Positions 18,047 through 28,038 of a stretch of 39,819 nucleotides of DNA are shown here, piece by piece. This stretch comes from Planctomycetota bacterium (lineage in GTDB: Bacteria; Planctomycetota; B129-G9; JAJDCN01). Position 1 is the first letter of the stretch; every line of letters starts with the position of its first letter. The stretch spans positions 1-39,819 of the forward strand of contig JAJDCN010000339.1 of NCBI GenBank assembly GCA_029260815.1, written 5' to 3'. The translations under genes were made by a program, and so were the position numbers. Under the pieces are notes generated by a model. It was not told the DNA's origin. It worked only from the letters and a program-made list of their open reading frames with translations, and did no database searches.

Positions 18047-18200
18047 CCCACTGCGTGCACCCTGGCCGCGTCATGGAACTCGTCCAGTCTCTCGTCGAGA
18101 CCAAGGTCTAGCATCCGGCCCGGTACGCAGGTGCGGGTCCTTCCGGGTGGACGCGAAGTCGTCACGCTGGCAGAGTCCTATCGTCGGTGGAGTGTGGACC

Positions 18201-21200
18201 GTGCAGAGAGTTGCCGCAGCGATCGCCCCTCTTGTCATTGCAGCATGCGTTGTGTGCCTGCCCTGCGTCATGGCGGAGGACGACGCATCCGGTGGGGCGC
18301 GCTCCTCGCTCGTCCACATTCGCGTCATGGACGGAACGGTGCCCGCGCGTGCACAAGTCGAGGTGCGACGGCTCTCAGACGTAGCCCTACCGAGAATCGG
18401 GTTGGAGCCTGTGACGGGCGCCCCGGTGGTGAAGTCGCAGAGCGACGCGCGCGGGCTCTGTGAGTTGAAGGGGTTGCTTGCGGGCCGGTACCAGATCCGA
18501 GCGGCCCTTGAGGGGCATGCGCCGATCTACGCAACGATCCGCGTGCCTAGCGCGGACGCACGGGTCGAGCTTCGAATGAGCAGACCAAGCGGAGACCACA
18601 AGCTGAGGGGGCGTGTGGTATGGGACGACGGCAAGCCCTTTGAGGGCGTCGTCGAACTGACCACAAGCGTGTGGTTCTCGACGGCCGACGCTTGGTGCGA
18701 CGGGGCCAGCTACGCCAAGACAGCGAAGGACGGTTCCTTCCAGTTCGAGGGATTGGCCGCCGGGGAGTGCTTCGTCAACGTCTCCCAGCCTGGGCGTTTC
18801 CGGCACCCTCATGGCTGGGCCCTGCGCATTCCAATGGATGGTCCCTGCTTGCTCGTCGCAGACGACGAGCTTCGCCGACGCACGCTGCGAGTGGTGCAGG
18901 CGTCGGACGACGCGCCGGTAGCGCGCGCCAATACCACCTCGCTGCAGTGGGGATGGCCGTTCGCCAAGGGCGAGACGGACTCCACCGGGCTAGTCACCGT
19001 CTACGGTGCGTACGGCGAGGCTACCGTTTCGATCTCGAAGCCCGGCCTTGAGGCTGCACGGGTGAACCTTGGGGAGTCCGCCGCGGAGCTGAAGGTCGCG
19101 CTTGGGCGCGGCGGGACAGTCGAGGGTGCGGTTCAGGGCGACGATGGCACGCCTGTGAAGGGCGTCCAAGTGGCGGCTGTTCGGGAGGATCCGGACGCAG
19201 GTGACGGGCAGATTCTGACCGCGACCACGAATGATGAGGGGCGCTACCACATCAAAGGCTTGGCCGAGGGCCCCTGGCTCTTCGTCGCCGTGGGGGCGGG
19301 CCAGATGAGCGTCGATCAGCGCCTTTGGACCGAGGCGGGTCGCGCGGCCAGCGTCCTCGAAGTACCCAAGGGCAAGACCCTGAAGCACGCCATGGTCGTG
19401 CGTCCGGCAGGCACGCTTGAGGTGCGTGTGACGGACGCGGATGGCAAGCCGGTCAGGGACTGCGCAGTCAGGGTGGAGCCCAAGCAGGCGGGCACGTACT
19501 ACGGCTTCTGGAGCCAGGCGCCCTTGGGAGAACTGCTCTCCGGCCGCACCGATGCCAAGGGGGTTGCTCGCTTCGACACGTTGGTTCCGGGGCTTGCCTA
19601 CTGGATCGAGGCTCAGGTCCTGCATACGTCTCAGCGTGTGGCCTCCACACCGCTGAGCGCGTCCAAGACCAGTGTGGCTTCCGTCACCGTCCCTGCAGTG
19701 AAGTCCCTGGAGGTCAGGGCCGTCGATGCCGAGAGCGGAGCACCCGTCGCGGGTGCCTTGGTCACGGTGTACGAGAGCCGGTCCGGCCTCGACACGCGTT
19801 GGAGCACGGACAGGGAGGGCCGAGCGCATATCCAGATTCGGACCGACGAGGACCTCCTGGTGGAGTGCGAGAAGCTCGGCTACTTCGATCCCGAGCCTGT
19901 GGAGCTGCTTGAGGGCAAGCCGGCCGTCGTGCGCCTCAAGGCGAGCAGTTCGATCAAGGGCCGCGTGCTCGCGCCTGTGGGCATGGGCGCGAGGCTCGTG
20001 CACGTGAAGACCGACCTGGGCTTACCGGCGGGTCAAGGATCCCCCGGCCGATCCTCGGCGTGCAACGTGCCGGCCGGGCAGACATTCGAGCTCCTTGGGC
20101 TGCAGCGCGGCTCGTACAAGGTCGTGGCCGAGATCTCATGGCGGGGGAGGAAGTACAGAGCGGAGGCGCTAGCGGAGACAGGCGCTGTGAACGTGCGCCT
20201 TACGCTCTCTCCTCACAAGGAGGACCCAGGGCTGCGTGTTCGCGTGCTCGACCCAAGCGGGAAGCCCGTTCCTCACGCGAGCGCGTCGCTGTACGCCCAA
20301 GGACCGAGCCTGAACCTCGCGCCGGAAACGGGGAAGGTCACGGAGGGCCTGTACCGGGCCAAGATCCCCGAAGGGACCACGCGACTCTGGCTCGAGTTCC
20401 ACAGTGCACGCGACGAGGCCGGAAGGAGCCTTGACCTCGGACCGTTCTTTGTCGGGCCCATCGCACCCTCCGAAGTGCCCGCGCAGGTGAGTCTTGCTCC
20501 AGGTCTGCGGCTCGCCGGACGCGTCGTGGACGGGCAGGGCAAGGGTGTCCCCGGCGTTCGGCTATCCGCACACCTCATGCGTGAGGGGCACGAACGGGTC
20601 GGGTACGGATACGCCGGGCCCGCCCATGCCGAAGCGACGACGAGCGAAAGCGGCGGCTACGTGTTCGAGGGGCTCGGCAAGTGGCGCTATCAGATCGAGG
20701 TGCAGAAGGCCGAGGGGTTCTCAGCCGCGGACCCCTTGCAGGGCGTGAAGCCGGGCGCTCGCGTACCCGACCTGTCTATCCGAAGGGCCATCCGCGTGAA
20801 GCTGCAAGTCGTCGACTCAGGGAGCAAGCCCGTGCGCGGAGCGCGGGTCGTACTCTGGTGGAACACGAGGCAGGGCTTCCCGCGGGGGCACCGCTCCGCG
20901 ATGCAAGCGCATCTGACGGACGCTGGGGGAGCGATCTCCTTCGACGACCTTCATCCCAAGCGAACGTACCGCATGCAGATCTCTGCACCCGACCGTCGGC
21001 CTGGACTGCGTGGGATCACGATCGAGCGCTGGACGCCGAAGGATCAGACGTTTCGGTTCGAGCCGGCACTGGAGATCAGCGGGACGGTGAAGGACCAAAC
21101 CGGGCGCCCTCTCGAGGGCATCCGAGTCGGTCGGCTCACCGGGCCGCGTCCCTGGTTTGTAGCGAGAACGGATGCAGAGGGGCGGTACCGCTTCACCGAC

Positions 21201-21839
21201 CTGCGCGCCGGGGAGTACGAGATCGCGCTGCATGACAACCTGGGGCGGACGGCCCAACCGCTCCCCAAGAGAACAGTCGCAGCCGGGGCGAACTCCGTCG
21301 ACTTCAAGATCGACACGCGGCGCGTGCTCCGCCTTCGGCTGATTCCCACCGAGGTCTCGTCCCAGCCTGTCTCGCTCATCCTGGCCGTGAGGGGGCCTGG
21401 CTCCTCGCCTAGGCCTGTGTCGGTCGATAGGCAGGGGATCTCCTACGTGCTGGACCTGGATCCTGCTCAGGAGTACACGCTGTTCAGTGGCCCCACCCGG
21501 GAGGGCCGGTGCTTCTACAGGACTGGCGTGAAGCCCGGGGGGGATGTGCTTGAGGTAAAGCGGAGCAAGGGCGTGGTCGCGCAGGGGCGGCTTGAGCTCC
21601 CCGAGGGGACGCACTTCGTCGGCCTCGTCGGGCGGGCGACGATGGGACCCTTCGCTGCACCGGTCAAGGTCTCTGCCGGAGGCGCCTGGATTCTTGCCGG
21701 AGTGCCTGCAGGCACCACGTGGCAGGTCCAGATCACGGGCATCGGCGGCGGGCGGCACTACTCCGCTCGGGGGAAGGTCACGGCTGGTGCGAAGGACGCT
21801 CCCAGGCTGGTCATGAAGGAGCGGCGGCCTGGCAAGTAG
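18201..21839 (+). CDS. Exported protein with multiple carboxypeptidase-regulatory-like (transthyretin/Cna-B type) beta-sandwich repeats
   Basis: Repeated G-x-V-x-D-x2-G-x-P-V-x-G-x2-V...TDxxGxYxFxGLxxGxY units; signal-like QRVAAAIAPLVIAACVVCLPCVMA after GTG 18201 with GGAG upstream. Confidence 0.85.
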   Translation: MQRVAAAIAPLVIAACVVCLPCVMAEDDASGGARSSLVHIRVMDGTVPARAQVEVRRLSDVALPRIGLEPVTGAPVVKSQSDARGLCELKGLLAGRYQIRAALEGHAPIYATIRVPSADARVELRMSRPSGDHKLRGRVVWDDGKPFEGVVELTTSVWFSTADAWCDGASYAKTAKDGSFQFEGLAAGECFVNVSQPGRFRHPHGWALRIPMDGPCLLVADDELRRRTLRVVQASDDAPVARANTTSLQWGWPFAKGETDSTGLVTVYGAYGEATVSISKPGLEAARVNLGESAAELKVALGRGGTVEGAVQGDDGTPVKGVQVAAVREDPDAGDGQILTATTNDEGRYHIKGLAEGPWLFVAVGAGQMSVDQRLWTEAGRAASVLEVPKGKTLKHAMVVRPAGTLEVRVTDADGKPVRDCAVRVEPKQAGTYYGFWSQAPLGELLSGRTDAKGVARFDTLVPGLAYWIEAQVLHTSQRVASTPLSASKTSVASVTVPAVKSLEVRAVDAESGAPVAGALVTVYESRSGLDTRWSTDREGRAHIQIRTDEDLLVECEKLGYFDPEPVELLEGKPAVVRLKASSSIKGRVLAPVGMGARLVHVKTDLGLPAGQGSPGRSSACNVPAGQTFELLGLQRGSYKVVAEISWRGRKYRAEALAETGAVNVRLTLSPHKEDPGLRVRVLDPSGKPVPHASASLYAQGPSLNLAPETGKVTEGLYRAKIPEGTTRLWLEFHSARDEAGRSLDLGPFFVGPIAPSEVPAQVSLAPGLRLAGRVVDGQGKGVPGVRLSAHLMREGHERVGYGYAGPAHAEATTSESGGYVFEGLGKWRYQIEVQKAEGFSAADPLQGVKPGARVPDLSIRRAIRVKLQVVDSGSKPVRGARVVLWWNTRQGFPRGHRSAMQAHLTDAGGAISFDDLHPKRTYRMQISAPDRRPGLRGITIERWTPKDQTFRFEPALEISGTVKDQTGRPLEGIRVGRLTGPRPWFVARTDAEGRYRFTDLRAGEYEIALHDNLGRTAQPLPKRTVAAGANSVDFKIDTRRVLRLRLIPTEVSSQPVSLILAVRGPGSSPRPVSVDRQGISYVLDLDPAQEYTLFSGPTREGRCFYRTGVKPGGDVLEVKRSKGVVAQGRLELPEGTHFVGLVGRATMGPFAAPVKVSAGGAWILAGVPAGTTWQVQITGIGGGRHYSARGKVTAGAKDAPRLVMKERRPGK

Positions 21840-21985
21840 GAGGCTGGGGCTCGGGCCCTCTGGGATCACGCTGCAACTTCGAGCTGCAGGCATCAAGCAC
21901 TCCGCGGCCGAGCCTGATGAGTTAGCCCCCGAGACGTGCACGGGGGGGTGTTGACTGCATGGTGCAGTCTTCCGATGATCGCAGC

Positions 21986-23560
21986 ATGTGGAGATTCCCG
22001 GCTCTGTTGACGGTGCTGCTTGGTGTTCTGCCCATCTGCAGCGACGCGGTCGCGGATGAAGCCGACGCTCCGAAGAAGCTGAGTCTCGCGGCCCTGCACA
22101 AGCGCACTCTTCCTTCTGTGGTCCAGGTCATGACCGATCGAGGGAGCGGAACGGGATTCTTCGTCAGCTCGGACGGGGCGGTCCTCACGAACTGTCACGT
22201 TGTTGCCGGAGCCAAGCGTATCGAGATCGCACTGCACGATGGGAAGAAGGTGAAGTGCGAGGGCGTCCTGGCGCTCGATCAGGACCACGACTTGGCTCTG
22301 CTGAGCACAGCCGGGAAGGGGTATCCAGCTCTGAAGCTGAAGGGATCACCACAGCCGCCCCCCGGGACTCCCATCGCAGTCATCGGCAATCCGAAGGGAC
22401 TGAGAGGATCGGTGACCGAGGGAATCGTCTCGGCCAACCGCACCCTCGGGGGCGTGAGGGTTGTCCAGATCACGGCTGCCATCTCGCCCGGATCGAGTGG
22501 ATCCCCGGTAATCGACATGCAGGGCGCTGTCGTTGGGATCGCTGTGTACTCGCTGCGGGGAGGGCAGTCACTCAACTTCGCTGTACCGGCGAGCTTCGGC
22601 GCCACCCTGGACACCGAAGGCGACCTCAAGCCGATATCAGTGGTTGCCGATCTCGCGCCCAGCAGCAGATTCTTCGGGTCGAAGGTCGCCACGGCGATGA
22701 TCGCTGCAGAGCGCGCCAAGGACTTCGGCAAGATGATGAAGCTCGGTCTAAAGGCAACGCGAGCCTACGAGGATGACGCGAATGCCTGGTGGGGACTGGG
22801 GTTGGCTTACGCTCATCTCAAGTTCACCGCCGAGGCAGTGAGCGCGTTCAAGAAGGCCGTAGCACTGGACTCTGAGCACGTCGCCGCATGGCATGCGCTG
22901 GGGCTTGAACTCATGCTGGCCAAGAAGCCGCGCCAGGCGCTTGCCGTAATGAAGCAGGTCACACGCTTGGAACCCCGCGAGCGCAAGTACTGGTCGCTCA
23001 TGGCTGTCCTCCAGATCGACTTGGATGATCTCGACGGAGCGCTCGCTAGCACCAAGAAGGCAATCTCCCGCGGCGGAACGGCCGGGGACTTCCTACGCTT
23101 GGCTCGCCTGCAATACTCCCGCAAGGCCTACGATGACGTAGTTGTCGCGTTGCGGGAGGTACGGCGACTAGATCCCGATGACGCCGATGTGTGGCTGATG
23201 TTCTCGCAGGTGCATCTGGCCAGGGGGCGGCACGACTGGGCAGTGCGAGCGTACAAGGGCTACTTGAAGATGAAGCCCAAGGATGCTGATGTCTGGAGCC
23301 GGCTTGGGCAGAGCTACTTGGAGCTGAAGCGCAGGCCAGAGGCCCAGGCCGCGTTCGCACGTGCTGCGACGCTTGATCCAAGCAACTCGCTGGCCTGGAT
23401 GGCTCTCGTGAAGCTCCACTTGCGGCGTGGCGACTACCCGCGAGCCTATGGTGCAGTGAGGCGCCTCTACAAGGTCGACTACGATGCTGCCGTGGTAGCG
23501 CATGACCTAGTTGACTCGCGGGCTCCCAGAATCATCCGACGCCTATACGGCATTCGGTGA
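21986..23560 (+). CDS. Exported trypsin-like (S1C/HtrA-type) serine protease with C-terminal TPR repeats
   Basis: GSGTGFF, LTNCHVV (His), HDLALL (Asp), ISPGSSGSP (Ser); TPRs such as NAWWGLGLAY and DVWSRLGQSY; signal peptide MWRFPALLTVLLGVLPICSDAVA. Confidence 0.92.
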   Translation: MWRFPALLTVLLGVLPICSDAVADEADAPKKLSLAALHKRTLPSVVQVMTDRGSGTGFFVSSDGAVLTNCHVVAGAKRIEIALHDGKKVKCEGVLALDQDHDLALLSTAGKGYPALKLKGSPQPPPGTPIAVIGNPKGLRGSVTEGIVSANRTLGGVRVVQITAAISPGSSGSPVIDMQGAVVGIAVYSLRGGQSLNFAVPASFGATLDTEGDLKPISVVADLAPSSRFFGSKVATAMIAAERAKDFGKMMKLGLKATRAYEDDANAWWGLGLAYAHLKFTAEAVSAFKKAVALDSEHVAAWHALGLELMLAKKPRQALAVMKQVTRLEPRERKYWSLMAVLQIDLDDLDGALASTKKAISRGGTAGDFLRLARLQYSRKAYDDVVVALREVRRLDPDDADVWLMFSQVHLARGRHDWAVRAYKGYLKMKPKDADVWSRLGQSYLELKRRPEAQAAFARAATLDPSNSLAWMALVKLHLRRGDYPRAYGAVRRLYKVDYDAAVVAHDLVDSRAPRIIRRLYGIR

Positions 23561-23679
23561 CGGCTTCGAGGTCGCTGCGTCCGCTGCGATGGACCTGCGG
23601 GATGCCGCGGGGCAGGAGAAGGACTCATCGTGCCCCCGAGTAGGGGTGAAGCTAGACTCGGGCGACTTGAGGGAGGTGG

Positions 23680-25191
23680 ATGATGGCTATGTCGCGGTGG
23701 ACCGGCATCTCAGTGCTCATCGGAGCGCTGCTCGTACTGCTCTTCCTCGGCGGGTACCCGAATGCCAACGCTGAAGATGGCGCGGACGCGGGCTCTCAGG
23801 CATTCGAGGAGCATCTAGCCTACTGCCGCTGGGCCGACGCCTCCGCCACGGCCAAGACGGGCGAGCAGCGTGAGCGGGTTATCAGGGAGGCGAAGGACCC
23901 ACACCTCGACTACGCCTGCCTGACGTCCTTCACCCGCTCCGGCGACGATCGATACGTGCGCTGGCAGGTCCGGTTCGTCACGCGCCCGAAGATCATCGCC
24001 TCTTGCCGCATCAACATCTACCTGGTTACGGACACCCGGATCCAGCGCATGACCAGCCGCTGGATCCAGGACGTCATGCGGGGTGAGCACATCGCAAACT
24101 TCGCTTTCGACAAGGCATGGAAGAGTGCCGAGGGCATGCCCGTCGCCGCACGCGTTGAGCTCTGCTACCGAGGGCGTGCCGTGGATGTCATGACCAGCGG
24201 CAAGCTGTTGACCGCAGAGTGGTGGAAGCGGGACATCTCGGGCGGCTTTCTCTGGTGGGGCAAGAACGGCGAGGTTGGCCCGGAGAGCAAGTCCTTCCGC
24301 ATTGTGAGTACCGACCGGAAGAAGTGGAGCCTGACCACGGTCCGCAACTCGTTCCGGCGCAACGACCGACGGCCGCCGCGCCCCGGTCTGGAAGGTACCG
24401 ACGTGCTGCCCAAGAACGAGGGGAGCATGCCGTCCCTTCCCAAGCCCCACGGAGCTTGGGTCCCGCCCACGAAGCGGCCCGTCGACGCTGCATCAGCCAA
24501 GGCCAATATCCAGCGTGGCACAGCGGAACAGTTCGAGGAACTGGCGAAGAAGCTCAACGCGGCCGAGAGGATGCTGCCGTACGGACCTGATCAGCGGGTG
24601 CTCTCTCAACTCAAGTCCGTTGAGCGCGCGGCGAGGAAGCTGGGCTTCGACACCATCCTGGCGCGTGCGCTCGTCACGGAGGCGCAGGTTGCCAGGCAGA
24701 AGAAGTCCGGGCTGCGCAAGAGGCTGAAGATCAAGCGCTTGGACATTGGCAAGCCCACCGCAGATACCGAGGGGTACTGGCTCGCGACCATCTACTTCCA
24801 GGCGCCCAAGGAAGTACGCGAACTCGTCAGACTCAACATCTACACGCTGACGAAGTCCGGGAAGCTCTACGGCAGCTACATGGTGACGAAGCTCGCCTGG
24901 GAGAAGGGCTCCCAGGAGTTTGCGCAGGTGTTCCTGATCGACAGTGCAGACATCACATCAACGGACCCGCTCGTGAAATGGCGGGCAGAGATCGGCTTGC
25001 GCGGCATCTGCTGTGATTCAGAGGAAACGTCCGGGCGGGCGGAGAAGTCGTGGTGGCTAGCGCCGGTGGTGGCTGCGCACAGAAGCCGCGACGCCAGGGC
25101 CGACTCCACGGGCATCCATCGGATGCAGCACTGGGGCCGGATCCGTGAGAGCGAAGCCGGCGATCGGCTTCAAGCACCGGCGAAGAAGTAG
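23680..25191 (+). CDS. Exported hypothetical protein with an internally duplicated beta-rich domain
   Basis: Signal peptide ending ANA; RINIYLVT...PVAARVELCYRG...AEWWK is repeated as RLNIYTLT...LVKWRAEIGLRG...KSWWL. Confidence 0.75.
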   Translation: MMAMSRWTGISVLIGALLVLLFLGGYPNANAEDGADAGSQAFEEHLAYCRWADASATAKTGEQRERVIREAKDPHLDYACLTSFTRSGDDRYVRWQVRFVTRPKIIASCRINIYLVTDTRIQRMTSRWIQDVMRGEHIANFAFDKAWKSAEGMPVAARVELCYRGRAVDVMTSGKLLTAEWWKRDISGGFLWWGKNGEVGPESKSFRIVSTDRKKWSLTTVRNSFRRNDRRPPRPGLEGTDVLPKNEGSMPSLPKPHGAWVPPTKRPVDAASAKANIQRGTAEQFEELAKKLNAAERMLPYGPDQRVLSQLKSVERAARKLGFDTILARALVTEAQVARQKKSGLRKRLKIKRLDIGKPTADTEGYWLATIYFQAPKEVRELVRLNIYTLTKSGKLYGSYMVTKLAWEKGSQEFAQVFLIDSADITSTDPLVKWRAEIGLRGICCDSEETSGRAEKSWWLAPVVAAHRSRDARADSTGIHRMQHWGRIRESEAGDRLQAPAKK

Positions 25192-25312
25192 CCGATCACC
25201 GACGTGCCCGAGGGCAGCGCTGTCCAGTGGCCGTGCCATCAAGCGGCGAGGTCTTCACGCTGCTCTGGATGCGCCGCACGCCTCCAGCGGGGCCAGGGCC
25301 ATGGCGTCGTGG

Positions 25313-27352
25313 CTAGGGGCCCGAGGGGCGTCTACGCCAATGGCCGCTGACCCACATGCCGGAACGAGTGCGCTGCGGCGGCACCCATACCCGACCGCGG
25401 CTGTAAGGAACCACGTCGACCGCGCGGCGGTTCGAGATCGCGGACTTCTTCTTCTTCTCCTTCGTGCCGCCACTGCCAGCCGCATGGACAACTGCCCTCA
25501 GGGGCTTGCCGAGTGCCTTGTCGCCGGACGCGATCGTCGGCTCATGTCGGTAGGTGATGGCTCGCCCATCAAGGAACCGCACGCGACCGAGGCGGATCGC
25601 CGTATGTCGGTCCAGGTCCTTCATCGCCACCTTGCGGAGCCAGTTCCCCTGCTCCCTTGTGATCGTCGCCTCCGGCACATGGACTTCAACCTTCTGGGTC
25701 TGCGTCTCGCCCGGTCGCAAGGGGATGCTTCGGACCGGGAACGTCATCTCGCCAGTGGTAGCTCCGGCAGAGAACACAATCTCACCTGTGAGACCCATGA
25801 CGCCAGACGGAACGTCAACAGCGGTGACCCGGATGTACAGCGTGACGATCTCTCCGTCTCTGTTCCGTCGGTAGCGCGTCCAGCGACGTCCCCACGGATC
25901 CGTCCAGATGTACTTCTTCTTGACCCAGTTCACCTTGGCGACCTTGTTCGTCACGCGAAGGCCGAACACGGGTCGGTCAAGTTGGGCTGCGTCCTGCTCC
26001 GTGGGCTTCCCCCATGCCTTGGCGCTGGGCCACTTCGCCTTGTCCGAAGTAGCTCCAGCGTCAGGCTTGGACACGTCTAGCCCGTCAGGAACATCTTCAA
26101 GCTCTGCGAACTCGGGGACCGGAGGCTTGAGAAACTGGCGGATCTCATCTGCGAGTCCGCGAGCAAGCGCGAGACTGTGTTCTGCATCTTCGATGTAGCG
26201 AGAGAGCAGGCTGGCCACGTCGTCAGCGTCACCGGTGAGGAGCCGCGACGCGGCCGAAAGACTATGCTGCGCCTCAGCTACTGCGGACAGGCCAGCTGAA
26301 AAGAGCTTGAGGGCGTCAGCGAGAGGCGGCCCATCCAGGCTTGAGGAGCGGACCATCTGTCGCAGATCCGCCAGTTCATCCTCGATGCGATCTGCCTCGG
26401 ACTCGGCAGCTTGGATCGCCTTGCTCTCGGCGCTCTCGAGCTCTCCCGCGGCGGGCTTGATGCTCGATGTCTCTTCCGCGACCGGCAGCGCTCGTGCAAG
26501 CAGGTCATGGCACCGTCGAGAGCGGCTCAGGTAGGTACGCCACGCTCGCACTAGATCTGCAAGCTTCCCCTCGGCAACAGCCCTCTCGCCTCGGGTGCGC
26601 GCGCGTTTGGCCATGCTCTTGTGAACACGCCAGCCAGCTGGAGCGAATCCCACGCCTCCTCCGGCCTCGAATGCGGCCGTGGGAATGGCCCACGTCGTGG
26701 GATCCGCCGGGTCTACATCCCGCAACCCACGACTAAGCGTTGCGATGGCCTCCTTGAGTCGACTGGTGTCCAGGTCATGCGCCGTAGCCTCTGCTACGTC
26801 AGCTCGAAGCCGCTCGATCGCATCTGCAGTGCTGCGGCGGAACTCCAAGCGGAGCCGCTCGGCTGTCTGCGCTGCCTGATCGACAGGGGTGTGCGGTGCC
26901 TCGGGCGGAACAGCAGGGTCTCGGATCGGGGGGGACGCCTTGGTACCGCCGTCAGCGGGCTCCTTTGTGCTCGCCTCTCCGACCGTCGGCGGCGCGTCAC
27001 GGAACGGGACACTATTGATGGCCCAGACCGCAGCCACGAGTACGAGAGAGGCGACGAGGAGCGGGGCGACGAGCGAGAGCTTGCTCGAAGGCGGGCCCGT
27101 GCGAGTTCTTGTCCTTCGGGCGGGCGAACGCGTGGGACGCACAGGAGCAGGGGGCTCCTGGGATGCCGGAGCGGGAGAGAGGGGGAACAGATGGGGAAGC
27201 GATGTCCCAGCTGTCCAGAACTCGCCGTCGCTGGAGTACCACATGTCGGGACGTGCTCGTCCCTCAGCGATGTAGCGTCTGACGCGCGCCTCGTCGTACG
27301 GGCCCTGAATCGTCCCATCACGCTGGCGGATGTAGTACTCATCCCAGCCCAT
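25313..27352 (-). CDS. GYF_2 (DUF4339)-like domain single-pass membrane protein
   Basis: N-terminal YYIRQRDGTIQGPYD...IAEGR; Pro-rich linker; TM helix LVAPLLVASLVLVAAVWAI; helical then beta-rich exterior region; tail VWVPPQRTRSGMWVSGHWRR. Confidence 0.8.
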   Translation of the reverse strand: MGWDEYYIRQRDGTIQGPYDEARVRRYIAEGRARPDMWYSSDGEFWTAGTSLPHLFPLSPAPASQEPPAPVRPTRSPARRTRTRTGPPSSKLSLVAPLLVASLVLVAAVWAINSVPFRDAPPTVGEASTKEPADGGTKASPPIRDPAVPPEAPHTPVDQAAQTAERLRLEFRRSTADAIERLRADVAEATAHDLDTSRLKEAIATLSRGLRDVDPADPTTWAIPTAAFEAGGGVGFAPAGWRVHKSMAKRARTRGERAVAEGKLADLVRAWRTYLSRSRRCHDLLARALPVAEETSSIKPAAGELESAESKAIQAAESEADRIEDELADLRQMVRSSSLDGPPLADALKLFSAGLSAVAEAQHSLSAASRLLTGDADDVASLLSRYIEDAEHSLALARGLADEIRQFLKPPVPEFAELEDVPDGLDVSKPDAGATSDKAKWPSAKAWGKPTEQDAAQLDRPVFGLRVTNKVAKVNWVKKKYIWTDPWGRRWTRYRRNRDGEIVTLYIRVTAVDVPSGVMGLTGEIVFSAGATTGEMTFPVRSIPLRPGETQTQKVEVHVPEATITREQGNWLRKVAMKDLDRHTAIRLGRVRFLDGRAITYRHEPTIASGDKALGKPLRAVVHAAGSGGTKEKKKKSAISNRRAVDVVPYSRGRVWVPPQRTRSGMWVSGHWRRRPSGP

Positions 27353-27484
27353 GCGCCGACTCTATCACATCGGGCGACCGAGCTCCGGCCACAACGTGCT
27401 GCGGGGAGGGTCCCGCTAGCCGGGCAGACTAGTGAGCAGAGAAGCGCTGGGGCATGCAGGGCACAGCGAACTCAGCACTCACTG

Positions 27485-27808
27485 TCACCCCCGAATGATG
27501 TCCACGGCCGCTCTCACGTCGTAGTACTCACAGCGACGTGCTGGTTCGCCTACCCAGTGACCCTCACATGAACCAAGCCGATCAAGTGCTGCTCGCGCGA
27601 CGCGCTGGGTACAGCCCGAGAGCTGGGCTACTTCCGGCACAGCACGCGAGATCGGGAGCAATCCTCGCGCTTCAGCGTCCCTGGCACCATGGCTCAGGTG
27701 GCCCGTGTTCGCATGAGTTGGGTAGATGCGACTGGGCCTCGGGCCACTGCTGCTCCCCGGGTGATGGATGTGGCGACGCTTCGGCACGCGGACTCCCTGC
27801 ACCTTCAT
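27485..27808 (-). CDS. Small hypothetical protein (possibly mobile-element derived)
   Basis: ORF from ATG 27808 with a protein-like C-terminal half (ARDAEARGLLPISRAV...CTQRVARAAL...CEYYDV); start uncertain. Confidence 0.35.
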   Translation of the reverse strand: MKVQGVRVPKRRHIHHPGSSSGPRPSRIYPTHANTGHLSHGARDAEARGLLPISRAVPEVAQLSGCTQRVARAALDRLGSCEGHWVGEPARRCEYYDVRAAVDIIRG

Positions 27809-28038
27809 CGGCCACCGCAGACTTGCGGCTTGAGTGGCCCGGCTTACGGCGGTGGTCGCCGCGCTACCGCACGGCGTCGCCCGAGGCTTGGGTTCCTCTG
27901 CTGGCGTTGATTCGGTCTTGCGGGGATCTACGAGTGGGGATCTCCACGGCCGTGAGCGTAGCCTGGCGAGCTGGGGGCGGCTCACCCATGCCGGTGCCCG
28001 GCGCCCAAGACGCCTGGCGAATCGGCTATGCGACTTGA

